DNA of 64,000 bases from Candidatus Omnitrophota bacterium (GCA_023140385.1 JAGLLT010000039.1:34381-98380); one strand, 5' to 3'; counted from the stretch's first letter, positions 29,297 to 38,819 are shown. Program-made: numbers and translations. Notes: generated from the letters alone by a model not told the origin.

Positions 29297-29911
29297 GTGA
29301 TTGGTAAAATGTACCTAAGAAAATCAATTGAGACTTATTTAAAAGATCTTTCCGCGAAAAAATCGGCTCCGGGCGGAGGCAGCGCGGCCGGCCTGACCGC
29401 GGCTCTGGGAGCCTCTTTGGCTTGTATGGTTCTTCAATTTTCCGCGAAAAACAACCGGACAGCCGCGTTATTGAAAAAAGCCGGGTTTCTCAGGAAGAAA
29501 TTTGCCTGCCTAACGGACGATGACATCACGGTTTATCAAAAAGTTTCTCTTGCCTATAAGCTGCCCAAATCAACCGAAACTCAGAAAGCAAGAAGAAGAG
29601 AACGGATTCAGCGGTCTTTAAAATCAGCCCTTTCTGTCTGTGAGGAACTTTGCGAATTGTGTTATGAAGGTATGATGATTACAAAGAGACTGCTTAGGGT
29701 CGGTAATGAAAAATTGATTTCCGATACGGGAATAAGTCTTCTTCTTTTTGAAGCGGCCTACCAGTCATCTCTCTATAACGTTAAAATCAACCTTAGAGGA
29801 ATTAAGGATATAAACTTGAGAAAAAAAGTTAGGCGAAACATAACGGCCTTAAGTAAAAAAGTATCAGCTTTAAAGATAGAAGTTGTAAAAAGAGTAGATA
29901 ACGTCTTATGA
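29297..29911 (+). CDS. fchA: Methenyl-THF cyclohydrolase FchA (cyclodeaminase/cyclohydrolase family)
   Basis: APGGGSAA, DDDI.VY, GNEKLISD, NVKINL; adjacent to folD. Confidence 0.85.
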   Translation: MIGKMYLRKSIETYLKDLSAKKSAPGGGSAAGLTAALGASLACMVLQFSAKNNRTAALLKKAGFLRKKFACLTDDDITVYQKVSLAYKLPKSTETQKARRRERIQRSLKSALSVCEELCELCYEGMMITKRLLRVGNEKLISDTGISLLLFEAAYQSSLYNVKINLRGIKDINLRKKVRRNITALSKKVSALKIEVVKRVDNVL

Positions 29912-30831
29912 GCGCTAAAATTTTAGACGGCAAGTCCATTGCCTCAAAAATTAAAGAGGAATTAAGGAAAGAAATAGAGTCTTTGATAAAAAAATATCAA
30001 AAGGTTCCTGTCTTAGTTTCTATTCAGGTTAGCCGGGACGCGGGTATTGAGAGTTATGTAAAAGCTCAAAAGAAGGCGGCTGACCGCCTGGGAATTGGAT
30101 ATCAGCGGCTGGTATTACCAGAAGACATTGACGCCGGAGGACTTGTTGAAAAAATCGAAGAACTAAATAATAGAGATGAGGTTACGGCTATTATCCTACA
30201 ACAGCCTTTATCCGAAAGGGTAATGGAGGAAGAAAGGCGGGGCAACATATCAAAAACAGCCTTTGAGCAGTTTATAGATGCCGCGAAGGATGTTGAAGGG
30301 ATGCATTTAAAAAATTTAGGAAATTTGTTTTACGGCTCTAAGTTAGAAACAGCTGGTTTTGGCAAACTCGCTCCCTGCACGGCTATGGCGGTTATGGAAT
30401 TATTAGATTCCCTAAATAGAGATCCGCGCGAAGAAAATTTACGCGGCAAAGAAGTGGTGATAGTGGGGCACAGCAAAATTATAGGCAAGCCTTTAGCCTT
30501 ATTATTATTAAATAGATTCGCGACAACCACTGTTTGTCATATTGCTACTTCAGAAAGAAATCATTTAGAGGAGCACGTCAAAAGAGCCGAAGTTTTAATT
30601 TCAGCGGTGGGGCAGCCCGGCCTAATAAAAGGCGGTTGGATAAAAGAAGGAGCGGTTGTTATTGACATTGGAACCAGCAGGATAAATGGCAAGCTTGCGG
30701 GTGACGTAGAATTTGATAAGGCCAAAGAGCGAGCTTCCTACATAACGCCTGTGCCGGGCGGAGTGGGGCCGTTGACGACAACTATGCTGATGAAAAACGT
30801 CATTACTTTATATCGTAAGGCCAATGATTAA
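29908..30831 (+). CDS. folD: Methylene-THF dehydrogenase, FolD family
   Basis: ILDGK, KDVEG, PCTA, GDVEF, ITPVPGGVGPLT. Confidence 0.95.
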   Translation: MSAKILDGKSIASKIKEELRKEIESLIKKYQKVPVLVSIQVSRDAGIESYVKAQKKAADRLGIGYQRLVLPEDIDAGGLVEKIEELNNRDEVTAIILQQPLSERVMEEERRGNISKTAFEQFIDAAKDVEGMHLKNLGNLFYGSKLETAGFGKLAPCTAMAVMELLDSLNRDPREENLRGKEVVIVGHSKIIGKPLALLLLNRFATTTVCHIATSERNHLEEHVKRAEVLISAVGQPGLIKGGWIKEGAVVIDIGTSRINGKLAGDVEFDKAKERASYITPVPGGVGPLTTTMLMKNVITLYRKAND

Positions 30832-31708
30832 AAAAATATCGGACATCCTGAAGAAAAAAGAACGGACTCTTTCCTTTGAGTTTTTTCCTCCGAAGACACA
30901 GAAGGGCCGCCTTAAACTGTTTGAGACAGTGCTTCTATTAAAAGACCTCCAGCCTGATTTTGTTTCTGTAACTTACGGAGCAGGCGGCAATACCAGAGAG
31001 CTGACGCTGGATGTAGTATGTGAGTTAGAAAAACGTTTTGGCCTTTCCGTAATGCATCATCTTACCTGCATCGGACACAGCTTGGGGGAAATAGAGAAGA
31101 TAATTAGCCAAATGCGGGAGAAAGGCATTTGTAATGTTCTGGCCTTATATGGTGATATTCCTCTTGATGAAGCTATGCCCTCTTTAGCCCTCGGCGAGTT
31201 AAAGTACTGTTATCAGCTTTGCCGGCTGTTAAGGTCTTACGGAGATTATTTTAGTATAGGCGTGGCCGGTTTTCCTGAAGGGCATATAAACTCTCCTGAT
31301 AAAGAAACTGACATAAAACATCTTAAGGCCAAGTTAACATCCGGAGGGGAGTTTGTAATAACCCAGCTTTTTTTTGACAATAACGACTACTTTGATTACG
31401 TTAAAAAAATAAGGAAAGCGGGCATAGCGGCGAAGGTTATCCCGGGCGTACTGCCTATAACAGATTATTATAAGTTATTAAACTTCTGCCAGCGATGCGG
31501 CGCCGGTGTTCCCGAGTTAGTTCATAGACTGTTTAAGCCTATAGCGGATAACAAGGAGACTGTTTATAAAAAAGGGGTTGAATTTACGCTGAAACAGTGC
31601 CGCCAGCTTCTTGCCGGCGGAGCGCCCGGCCTCCACTTCTTTACTCTTAATAAAGCTGATCCGGCTAGGGAAATAGTAAACGAGCTCAGGCGTTCAAAAA
31701 GTGGTTAA
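30824..31708 (+). CDS. metF: Methylenetetrahydrofolate reductase
   Basis: SFEFFPPKT, FVSVTYGAGG, HLTC, FPEGH, ITQLFFD, GLHFFTLN. Confidence 0.95.
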   Translation: MIKKISDILKKKERTLSFEFFPPKTQKGRLKLFETVLLLKDLQPDFVSVTYGAGGNTRELTLDVVCELEKRFGLSVMHHLTCIGHSLGEIEKIISQMREKGICNVLALYGDIPLDEAMPSLALGELKYCYQLCRLLRSYGDYFSIGVAGFPEGHINSPDKETDIKHLKAKLTSGGEFVITQLFFDNNDYFDYVKKIRKAGIAAKVIPGVLPITDYYKLLNFCQRCGAGVPELVHRLFKPIADNKETVYKKGVEFTLKQCRQLLAGGAPGLHFFTLNKADPAREIVNELRRSKSG

Positions 31709-31719
31709 GGAGTTATCAT

Positions 31720-32562
31720 ATGCGGGATGATAGAATAACTATACCTCATTTAGTTAAGATGAAAAAGGACAAGCGTAAAATTACTATGCTCACCGCCTAC
31801 GATCATCCTCTGGCTTTGTTGGTTGACAGGTGCGGAATTGACATTATTTTAGTCGGAGACTCGTTAGGCAATGTTGTTTTGGGTTACGATTCGACAGTAC
31901 CGGTAACAATGGAGGAGATGATACATCACGCGAAGGCCGTCCGCCGGGCGGTCAGCCATGCCTTTTTGATAGGTGATTTACCATTTATGTCATATAATAT
32001 AAGCCCCAGGGAAGCCGTAAGGAACGCCGGCAGGTTTTTAAAAGAAGCAGGGTGTGACGCGGTAAAACTGGAAGGCGGTGAAGAGACGGTGGACGCGGTA
32101 AGCCGCATAGTAAAGGCCGGTATACCGGTTTTGGGCCATCTGGGCCTTACCCCCCAGACTATTTCCAAGCTTGGAGGTTTTAAGGTGCAGGGAAGGGACG
32201 CGAAAGGGGCGCGTAAAATTATAAACTCCGCTTTAGCCCTTCAGGAAGCGGGGTGTTTTGGTATTGTGCTTGAATGTATACCTGATAAGGTAGCCGGAAT
32301 TATATCGGAAAAGCTTGATATTTTTACTTTGGGCATCGGCGCCGGGCCGCGGTGCGACGGCCAGGTTTTAGTGCTTCATGATCTACTGGGGCTTTACAGC
32401 GGATTTAAGCCGAAATTTGTTAAACAGTACGCTGACTTATCGGGCGATATACAGTCAGCTGTGACTGCTTTTAAAAATGATATAGAAGAGGGCAGGTTCC
32501 CTACGAAGGATTTTTCTTTTGCTATGAGTGATAAAGAGGCGCGGAAGTTAAATGAAGACTAA
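31720..32562 (+). CDS. panB: 3-methyl-2-oxobutanoate hydroxymethyltransferase
   Basis: MLTAYD, LVGDSLG, VKLEGG, GHLGLTPQ, GIGAG..CDGQVLV. Confidence 0.97.
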   Translation: MRDDRITIPHLVKMKKDKRKITMLTAYDHPLALLVDRCGIDIILVGDSLGNVVLGYDSTVPVTMEEMIHHAKAVRRAVSHAFLIGDLPFMSYNISPREAVRNAGRFLKEAGCDAVKLEGGEETVDAVSRIVKAGIPVLGHLGLTPQTISKLGGFKVQGRDAKGARKIINSALALQEAGCFGIVLECIPDKVAGIISEKLDIFTLGIGAGPRCDGQVLVLHDLLGLYSGFKPKFVKQYADLSGDIQSAVTAFKNDIEEGRFPTKDFSFAMSDKEARKLNED

Positions 32563-33649
32563 AAGAATTTTTTTAGCCGCGACAAAACAGAATGACGGCA
32601 AGACATCTGCCAGCCTGGGGCTGATAAGCGCTTTTTCAAAGAAAACGGCCAATGTAGGCTTTATAAAACCGGTCGGACAGAGATATCTGATAGAAAAAGG
32701 GGAAAAGATTGACGAAGATTCTATTTTAATCAAAGGGGTTTGCGGATTAAAAGACGGCTTAAAGGATATGTCGCCTATAGCCGTTGAAAGAGGATTTACG
32801 GCAAGATATATCGAGGGCGGAAAGAAGCAGGTCTTAGCCGGGTTGGTAAAAAGGTCTTTTGAGCGTGTATCAAAAGATAAAAATCTGGTTATTATTGAAG
32901 GAACCGGGCACGCCGGAGTGGGCAGTGTTTTTGATCTGTCAAATGCCAGGGTTGCCAGCTTACTTAAAAGTAAGGTTATTATAATCTCCAGCGGAGGTGT
33001 CGGCCGGCCAATTGATGAAGTAATGTTAAGCAAAGCTTTATTTGATAGGGAGAAAGTGGATGTTTTGGGGGTTATCATAAACAAGGTTTTACCGGGTAAG
33101 TATAAAAAAATAAAGCGCTTAATCAATCTGGGCTTTAAGCGCAAAGGACTAAAAGTTTTTGGAATTATTCCTTATTATAAGATGTTATCCAGGCCTACGG
33201 TTGGCCAAATACTTGAAGAAGAAAAATCCATAAAATATCTCTGCGGCAAAAAAGGGCTGGAAAATCCGGTGGATAAGGTTATTGTAGGGGCAATGGAGCC
33301 GCATGAGGCGTTAAATTATATATCTGATAACAGTCTGATTATTACACCGGGCGACAGGGAAGACATAATGCTTACATGTATGAGTTCTCATCTGGCCTCG
33401 GGTGAAAGCGAAAGCAGTATATCCGGCATAGTTTTAACCGGAGGAATAAAGCCTCACAGGAGTATATTAAATTTAATAAAGAAAACGGATATACCTGTCC
33501 TCGTGGCAGAGGAAGATACTTATACGATTACCTCTAAAATTCATGATTTAATTATTAAGGTGAAACCCCGCGACGCGGAAAAAACTGAAATTATAAAAAA
33601 GATGGTTGAGCGGTATGTTGACATTGACTGTCTTTACAACTCTATTTAA
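32552..33649 (+). CDS. Stand-alone Pta N-terminal-like protein (BioD-like P-loop + DRTGG domain)
   Basis: NDGKTS, FIKPVG, IIEGTG, VIINKV, VGAM, ITPGDREDI, IVLTGG; no catalytic PTA_PTB domain. Confidence 0.85.
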   Translation: MKTKRIFLAATKQNDGKTSASLGLISAFSKKTANVGFIKPVGQRYLIEKGEKIDEDSILIKGVCGLKDGLKDMSPIAVERGFTARYIEGGKKQVLAGLVKRSFERVSKDKNLVIIEGTGHAGVGSVFDLSNARVASLLKSKVIIISSGGVGRPIDEVMLSKALFDREKVDVLGVIINKVLPGKYKKIKRLINLGFKRKGLKVFGIIPYYKMLSRPTVGQILEEEKSIKYLCGKKGLENPVDKVIVGAMEPHEALNYISDNSLIITPGDREDIMLTCMSSHLASGESESSISGIVLTGGIKPHRSILNLIKKTDIPVLVAEEDTYTITSKIHDLIIKVKPRDAEKTEIIKKMVERYVDIDCLYNSI

Positions 33650-33680
33650 TCAAAATTTGATTATACTTTTATGGAAAAAT

Positions 33681-33711
33681 TAAAAGCCCGCTTGGATAAA
33701 GCGGGCTTTTA
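33681..33711. terminator. Bidirectional intrinsic terminator
   Basis: TAAAAGCCCGCTT-ggata-AAGCGGGCTTTTA between convergent genes. Confidence 0.85.
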
Positions 33712-33738
33712 AAAAGATAAATTAATTTTATTAAATTC

Positions 33739-33852
33739 TTACTTTTTTTTCTTCGCTGCTTTTTTCTTTACTACCTTTTTCTTTGTAGTTGCTTTTTTCT
33801 TTGTTGTCGCTTTTTTCTTTACTACTTTCTTTTTAGCCGCTTTTTTTGCCAT
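33739..33852 (-). CDS. 37-aa Lys/Ala-rich histone H1/Hc-like peptide (not in the ORF track)
   Basis: MAKKAAKKKVVKKKATTKKKATTKKKVVKKKAAKKKK; RBS GGGGAGGTGG, own promoter and terminator. Confidence 0.85.
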   Translation of the reverse strand: MAKKAAKKKVVKKKATTKKKATTKKKVVKKKAAKKKK

Positions 33853-33899
33853 CTCCAACCACCTCCCCTTTTTTTACAATCCCTGTTAAATCCAAAATA

Positions 33900-33928
33900 A
33901 TTATACACTATAATTTAAAAAAAAACAA
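33900..33928 (-). promoter_or_regulatory. Promoter of the basic peptide gene
   Basis: Minus strand TTGTTT-17 bp-TATAAT. Confidence 0.55.
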
Positions 33929-33946
33929 GACAGCTGAAATATTTTT

Positions 33947-33975
33947 TTGACAAAGCGGCTTTAATAAATTATAAT
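33947..33975 (+). promoter_or_regulatory. Consensus sigma70 promoter of the rnf operon
   Basis: TTGACA-17 bp-TATAAT, perfect consensus. Confidence 0.8.
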
Positions 33976-34024
33976 AGAAAGAATATTAGCGGGCTATAAG
34001 TTTTTTTGATGGAGGGTATATATT

Positions 34025-35338
34025 TTGTTAAAAACATTTACCGGCGGCATCCGTCTCGCGGGACATAAAGAAGCGACCGCGAACAGCTCAATAGAAATCC
34101 CATCTTTACCCGAGCAGGTTATTATTCCTCTTATTCAGTATGGCGGCAGGTTGTGTGAACCATTAGTAAAAACCGGCGAGAGAGTAAAGGCCGGACAGCT
34201 TATCGGTTTTTCTCAAGACTCTTTGTCGGTTGCTGTGCACTCGAGCATTTCAGGAAAGGTGGCGCGGATAGGCGAGTTTGCTCATCCTGATTTTGAAAAG
34301 GCCAGGGCTATTTTGATAGAATCTGACGGGTTAGACGAAAAGGCGCGGGAGGTTTCGGAAAAAGATTATCAAAGTTTATCGAAGGAAGAATTATTAAATC
34401 GTATAAGAAATGCCGGAGTTGTAGGGATGGGCGGCGCTTCTTTTCCGACTCATGTTAAATTAAACCCGCCGCGTAATAAAAAGGTTAACTTTTTTGTCGT
34501 AAATATGTTTGAGTGTGAGCCCTATATAACTACCGATTATCGTTTAGCAATAGAAAGATGCGAAGAAATTTTATCCGGCGTAAATATTTTTTTAAAAATT
34601 CTTGAGGTAGAAACCGCCTATATTGCCATAGGGGCTAATAAAAAAGAGGCTCTGGATATTTTAAAAGAGAAGACCGCTAAATTTGAGCGGATAAAGATAG
34701 CGGCCCTTAAGCCAAAATTTCCTCAGGGTGAAGAAAAGTGTTTGATAAAGGCGGTGTTAAACAAAGAGGTTCCCCGCGGCAAACTGCCTTATGAGGCGGG
34801 GGCTATTGTTTGTAATCCCCAGACTATAATTACGGTTTATGAAGCTGTTTGTTTAGGCAAGCCTTTGTATGAAAAGGTGATAACGGTTACGGGAAAAGGT
34901 ATAAAAAAACCGGGGAATCTGAAGGTTAGAATTGGAACACTGTTAAAAGATATTATAGAGTATTCCGGCGGAGTATTTGAAGAGGAGATGGAGGTAATCT
35001 TTGGCGGGCCTATGATGGGGAGGGCGCAGACTGATATCAATGTGCCCGTTGTTAAAGGAACGTCGGGAATAATTTTTCTTCCCGCGAAAAGCTTAGACCT
35101 TTCGAAAGAAAGCGCCTGCATCAGGTGCGGCAGATGTGTTGAAGTCTGCCCTGTCAGGCTGCTTCCCCTGGAAATTAATAAGTTAGTAAAGAATAAGAAG
35201 TGGGAAAGATTAAACGCTTATCATATTTCTGAGTGTATGTTGTGCGGAGCCTGTGCTTATGTCTGTCCTTCCAAGATTCCTCTTGTGCAAAGATTAAAGC
35301 TGGGGCAGAAGATTACTAAAAGATTGCAAAAAAAGTAA
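34025..35338 (+). CDS. rnfC: Rnf complex subunit C
   Basis: VHSSISG, AGVVGMGGASFPTHVKL, ECEPYIT.D, GGPMMG, CIRCGRCVEVCP and CMLCGACAYVCP. Confidence 0.95.
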   Translation: MLKTFTGGIRLAGHKEATANSSIEIPSLPEQVIIPLIQYGGRLCEPLVKTGERVKAGQLIGFSQDSLSVAVHSSISGKVARIGEFAHPDFEKARAILIESDGLDEKAREVSEKDYQSLSKEELLNRIRNAGVVGMGGASFPTHVKLNPPRNKKVNFFVVNMFECEPYITTDYRLAIERCEEILSGVNIFLKILEVETAYIAIGANKKEALDILKEKTAKFERIKIAALKPKFPQGEEKCLIKAVLNKEVPRGKLPYEAGAIVCNPQTIITVYEAVCLGKPLYEKVITVTGKGIKKPGNLKVRIGTLLKDIIEYSGGVFEEEMEVIFGGPMMGRAQTDINVPVVKGTSGIIFLPAKSLDLSKESACIRCGRCVEVCPVRLLPLEINKLVKNKKWERLNAYHISECMLCGACAYVCPSKIPLVQRLKLGQKITKRLQKK

Positions 35339-35410
35339 TATCAAAAGTAGTATGAAAAATCGTAAGGAAACCGAGTAATTTTAAAGGAGTTATATTTATT
35401 ATAAGGAGAG

Positions 35411-35573
35411 AGGGAAATCCTAAATACTAAATCCGAAACACTAAACAAATCCAAATGTCCAAAATACAAAATCCAAAACAGTTTAGAACATTTAGATTTT
35501 GAATTTAGAATTTGTTTAGAATTTAGAAATTAGGGCTTAGAGTTTTTAAACGTATAAAGGGTAAATAGTTTTG
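35411..35573. repeat. Heptamer-periodic palindromic element, copy 1 (rnfC-rnfD)
   Basis: AAATCCT/AAATACT/AAATCCG... left arm versus ...AGAATTT/AGAAATT/AGAGTTT right arm; homologous to 37699-37887. Confidence 0.85.
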
Positions 35574-35605
35574 ACAATATGCAAGAAACCGAACAGGAAG
35601 GCGAA

Positions 35606-36547
35606 ATGAGTTTAAATCTAACTACCAATGAACCGCCGTACTTAAAAAGTAGTGATAATACAAGAAAGGTAATGCTGACTGTTATCGCGGCGCTTCTTCC
35701 CGCGGTTATTGCCGGTACCTATTTTTTCGGGCCCAGAGCTTTTTTATTAATTGTCGTTTGCGTAAGTACCTGCGTGGTTTCAGAGTTTTTAATTCAGAGG
35801 CTAAGAGGAGTTAAGACAACCATCGGAGATTTAAGCGCCGTGCTTACAGGTTTATTGCTGGCTCTGGTTTTACCTCCCGGACTGCCTCTCTGGGCGGCTG
35901 TTCTGGGCGCTGTGGTTTCGATATTTTTAGGTAAGCAGATTTTTGGAGGATTGGGCGCGAATATATTTAATCCCGCTTTAATAGGCAGAGCATTTCTAAC
36001 GGCTACCTTTCCTGTTATGATGACCGCCTGGACTAAGCCCTTTAGCCTGGAGGCTGTAACGACGGCTACACCCCTGGGACTGATGAAGTTTGAAGGTGTG
36101 GGAACATCGGTAAGCGCGCTTCTTATGGGAAACACAGCAGGCTGTATAGGTGAGACATCGGCCATAGCTTTAATTCTGGGAGGAATATTTCTTTTATTCA
36201 GGAAGGCGGCCGACTGGAGAATTCCCCTGGGGTATTTGAGCGCCGTAGCTGCTTGCTCCTTCCTTTTAAACTGTTTTAATCCGTCAAAATATCCTTCCGT
36301 GAACTTTGAAATTTTGGCGGGAGGGCTTTTAATAGGCGCTATCTTTATGGCTACTGATCCCGCGACCTCTCCCATTACGAAAAAGGGAAGATGGATATTT
36401 GCCGTAGGCTGCGGGTTGATAACTATAATTATCAGACGCTGGGGAGGACTGCCGGAAGGTGTTATGTATTCTATATTATTTATGAACGCTTTAAGGCCGT
36501 TAATAGACAGATATACCAGGCCTGTTTGTTTTGGAGGCGCGCTGTGA
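35606..36547 (+). CDS. rnfD: Rnf complex subunit D
   Basis: SAVLTGLL, KQIFGGLGANIFNPA, TTATPL (FMN-Thr), GCIGETS, FMATDP. Confidence 0.95.
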   Translation: MSLNLTTNEPPYLKSSDNTRKVMLTVIAALLPAVIAGTYFFGPRAFLLIVVCVSTCVVSEFLIQRLRGVKTTIGDLSAVLTGLLLALVLPPGLPLWAAVLGAVVSIFLGKQIFGGLGANIFNPALIGRAFLTATFPVMMTAWTKPFSLEAVTTATPLGLMKFEGVGTSVSALLMGNTAGCIGETSAIALILGGIFLLFRKAADWRIPLGYLSAVAACSFLLNCFNPSKYPSVNFEILAGGLLIGAIFMATDPATSPITKKGRWIFAVGCGLITIIIRRWGGLPEGVMYSILFMNALRPLIDRYTRPVCFGGAL

Positions 36548-37104
36548 AAAAAGGTTTGAAAATAACCCTGACTCTTACTTTAATCGCGGTTTTATCAGGA
36601 GCAATTCTGGCAGAGGTATATAAAGTAACCGTTGAAGATATTAAGGCCAATCAGAAAAAGGAGATAGAGGAGGCTGTTTTTAGTGTTTTACCCGGGGCGA
36701 AAGAGTATAAAAGAGAGACCCGCGGTAGCCGGGAGTTTTTTAAATGTTTTGACGATAAAGCGGAGTTGCGCGGTATCGCCTTTGTGGCGGAAGGCATTGG
36801 TTATCAGGATATAATTAAGGTTGTGGTGGGAGTGGACAGCGGCCTGTCTAAAATTACGGGAATAAGAGTAATTGCCCACAATGAAACGCCCGGCCTGGGA
36901 GCAAAGATAAGCGAGGGTTGGTTTGAGGAGCAGTTTAAGGGCTTGTCTGCCGCGGTAAGACTGGATTTGGTTAAAGGTGAACCGGATAAAAAAAATCAGA
37001 TTCAGGCAATTACCGGGGCAACTATCTCCTCGCAGGCCTTGGTGGATATTATTAATAAAGAGATAGAGGATATCAAAAAGCATAAGGTAGGCAATTGTGA
37101 CTAA
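36544..37104 (+). CDS. rnfG: Rnf complex subunit G
   Basis: GTG start overlapping the rnfD stop; TM, GY, HNETPGLG, AITGATISS FMN motif. Confidence 0.93.
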   Translation: MKKGLKITLTLTLIAVLSGAILAEVYKVTVEDIKANQKKEIEEAVFSVLPGAKEYKRETRGSREFFKCFDDKAELRGIAFVAEGIGYQDIIKVVVGVDSGLSKITGIRVIAHNETPGLGAKISEGWFEEQFKGLSAAVRLDLVKGEPDKKNQIQAITGATISSQALVDIINKEIEDIKKHKVGNCD

Positions 37105-37711
37105 AACTCCGGTAATATTAAAAGATTTTGCTAAAGGGCTCTGGCAGGAAAATCCTGTATTCCGGCTTTTGATTGGTATGTGCCCTACCCTGGCAGTGAC
37201 TTCTCAGGCGCAAAACGGCCTTGCTATGGGTTTGGCCACATCCTTTACCCTGATTGCTTCAAGTACCATTGTTTCCATTTTCAGGAAACTGATTCCTAAA
37301 GAAGTAAGAATTCCTTCTTATATATTAATTATCGCTACTTTTGTAACCATTGTTTCTCTTTATTTACAGGCCAAATTTCCGGATATAAGCAAGGACCTGG
37401 GCCCTTATATACCTTTAATAATAGTTAACTGTCTCATCCTGGGGAGGCAGGAGGTCTTTGCCTCAAAAAATCCGACACATAGAGCCGCGGCTGACGCTTT
37501 AGGGATGGGACTGGGATTTACTATTTCCCTCGTAGCCCTGGGGATGGTGAGAGAACTGCTTGGCTCCGGAACTATCTTCTCCTTTAAAGTTTTAGGAGAC
37601 GGTTTTAGGCCGTGGATTATTATGCTGACCCCTCCCGGAGCTTTTTTAAGCCTGGGACTGATGCTGGGAATGATAAATATTATTGACAGGTTGTTGAAAG
37701 GGAAATCCTAA
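37097..37711 (+). CDS. rnfE: Rnf complex subunit E
   Basis: ENPVF..IGMCPTLAVT, VRIP, YIPLIIVNC, PPGAF. Confidence 0.94.
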   Translation: MTKTPVILKDFAKGLWQENPVFRLLIGMCPTLAVTSQAQNGLAMGLATSFTLIASSTIVSIFRKLIPKEVRIPSYILIIATFVTIVSLYLQAKFPDISKDLGPYIPLIIVNCLILGRQEVFASKNPTHRAAADALGMGLGFTISLVALGMVRELLGSGTIFSFKVLGDGFRPWIIMLTPPGAFLSLGLMLGMINIIDRLLKGKS

Positions 37712-37887
37712 ATACTAAGCACTAAATACTAAACAAATCCAAATATCCAAAATACAAATGACCAAAACAAAGACACTTAAGGTTTATAACATTTGAGCAT
37801 TAGAATTTTGAAATTATTTAGGATTTAGATATTAGGATTTAGAGTTTGTTTAGAGTTTTTTAAACGTATAAAGGGTAAATAGTTTTG
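37699..37887. repeat. Heptamer-periodic palindromic element, copy 2 (rnfE-rnfA); contains the rnfE stop codon
   Basis: Starts AGGGAAATCCTAAATACTAA and ends TTTAAACGTATAAAGGGTAAATAGTTTTG, like copy 1. Confidence 0.85.
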
Positions 37888-37918
37888 GCAGTACGAAAAA
37901 AGGTGTGAAGGTTAAGAT

Positions 37919-38506
37919 ATGATAAAAGAGTTGATTTTAGTTTTTGTCGCGGCCGTGCTTGTAAATAATTTTGTTTTAAAGTACTTTTTAGGCATATGCC
38001 CCTTTCTGGGTGTATCTGATAATCTGCACTCTGCCGTTAGTATGGGTTTTGCCACAACCTTTGTGATGAGCATTACCGCGCCGGTTGCCTGGTGCATCAA
38101 ACATTTTGTCCTTGATAAATTGGGCCTGCCCTTTCTTGAGTACGTTTGTTTTATAATAGTCATAGCTTCTCTGGTGCAGTTTGTGGAGATGGTTATAAAG
38201 AAATTTTATCCGGCTTTGCACCAGGCTATGGGTATTTATCTGCCGCTGATTACGACTAACTGCGCTATACTCTTTATGGCCCTGCAGTTGGTTTTACGCG
38301 AGTATTCATTATTAAGAAGTATAGTTTTTGGTTTTGGTTCAGGCTTAGGCTTTACACTGGCTATTACCATTATGGCGGGAATCAGGGAAGAGATAGAGTT
38401 TTGTGATGTGCCCCGCTGTCTTAAGGGGCCGGGTATTACCCTGATCATCGCGGGCCTGCTGGCCTTAATCTTTGTAGGTTTAGGCGGGTTAATTAAGGTT
38501 AATTAA
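37919..38506 (+). CDS. rnfA: Rnf complex subunit A
   Basis: NNFVL.YFLGICPFLGVS, LVQFVEM, GIYLPLITTNCAI. Confidence 0.95.
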   Translation: MIKELILVFVAAVLVNNFVLKYFLGICPFLGVSDNLHSAVSMGFATTFVMSITAPVAWCIKHFVLDKLGLPFLEYVCFIIVIASLVQFVEMVIKKFYPALHQAMGIYLPLITTNCAILFMALQLVLREYSLLRSIVFGFGSGLGFTLAITIMAGIREEIEFCDVPRCLKGPGITLIIAGLLALIFVGLGGLIKVN

Positions 38507-38540
38507 ATTTTTAGCATAACTAAAAGGACTTAAGTTTTCA

Positions 38541-38819
38541 ATGGAGAAAACTTTATTATCAATGGCGGTGATGGGCGGTTTGGCAGCCCTTCTGGGAATA
38601 ATATTGAGTGCCGCCTACAGCAAGTTAAAGGTTGAGGAAGATCCCGGAGTTGAGAAAATAACTGAACTCCTGCCCGGCGTCAATTGCGGCGCCTGCGGTT
38701 TTGCCAGCTGTGAGGAGTTTGCCCGACAGCTTGTCAGGAAAGAAACGGATATTGAAAAATGCCGAATTACTTTTAGAAACAAAGAGGTTGTTATGAAGAT
38801 TAAAAATTTGACCCCTTAA
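38541..38819 (+). CDS. rnfB: Minimal Rnf subunit B (TM anchor + single Fe-S domain)
   Basis: [23 protein letters not shown]; no ferredoxin repeats. Confidence 0.85.
   Translation: MEKTLLSMAVMGGLAALLGIILSAAYSKLKVEEDPGVEKITELLPGVNCGACGFASCEEFARQLVRKETDIEKCRITFRNKEVVMKIKNLTP

Noticed and set aside
36391-36543. Long N-terminal extensions from the ORF track (also 7679, 9481, 13468, 40442, 49864)
   Set aside because: They overlap upstream genes or regulatory DNA; downstream starts fit the RBS and family N-termini better
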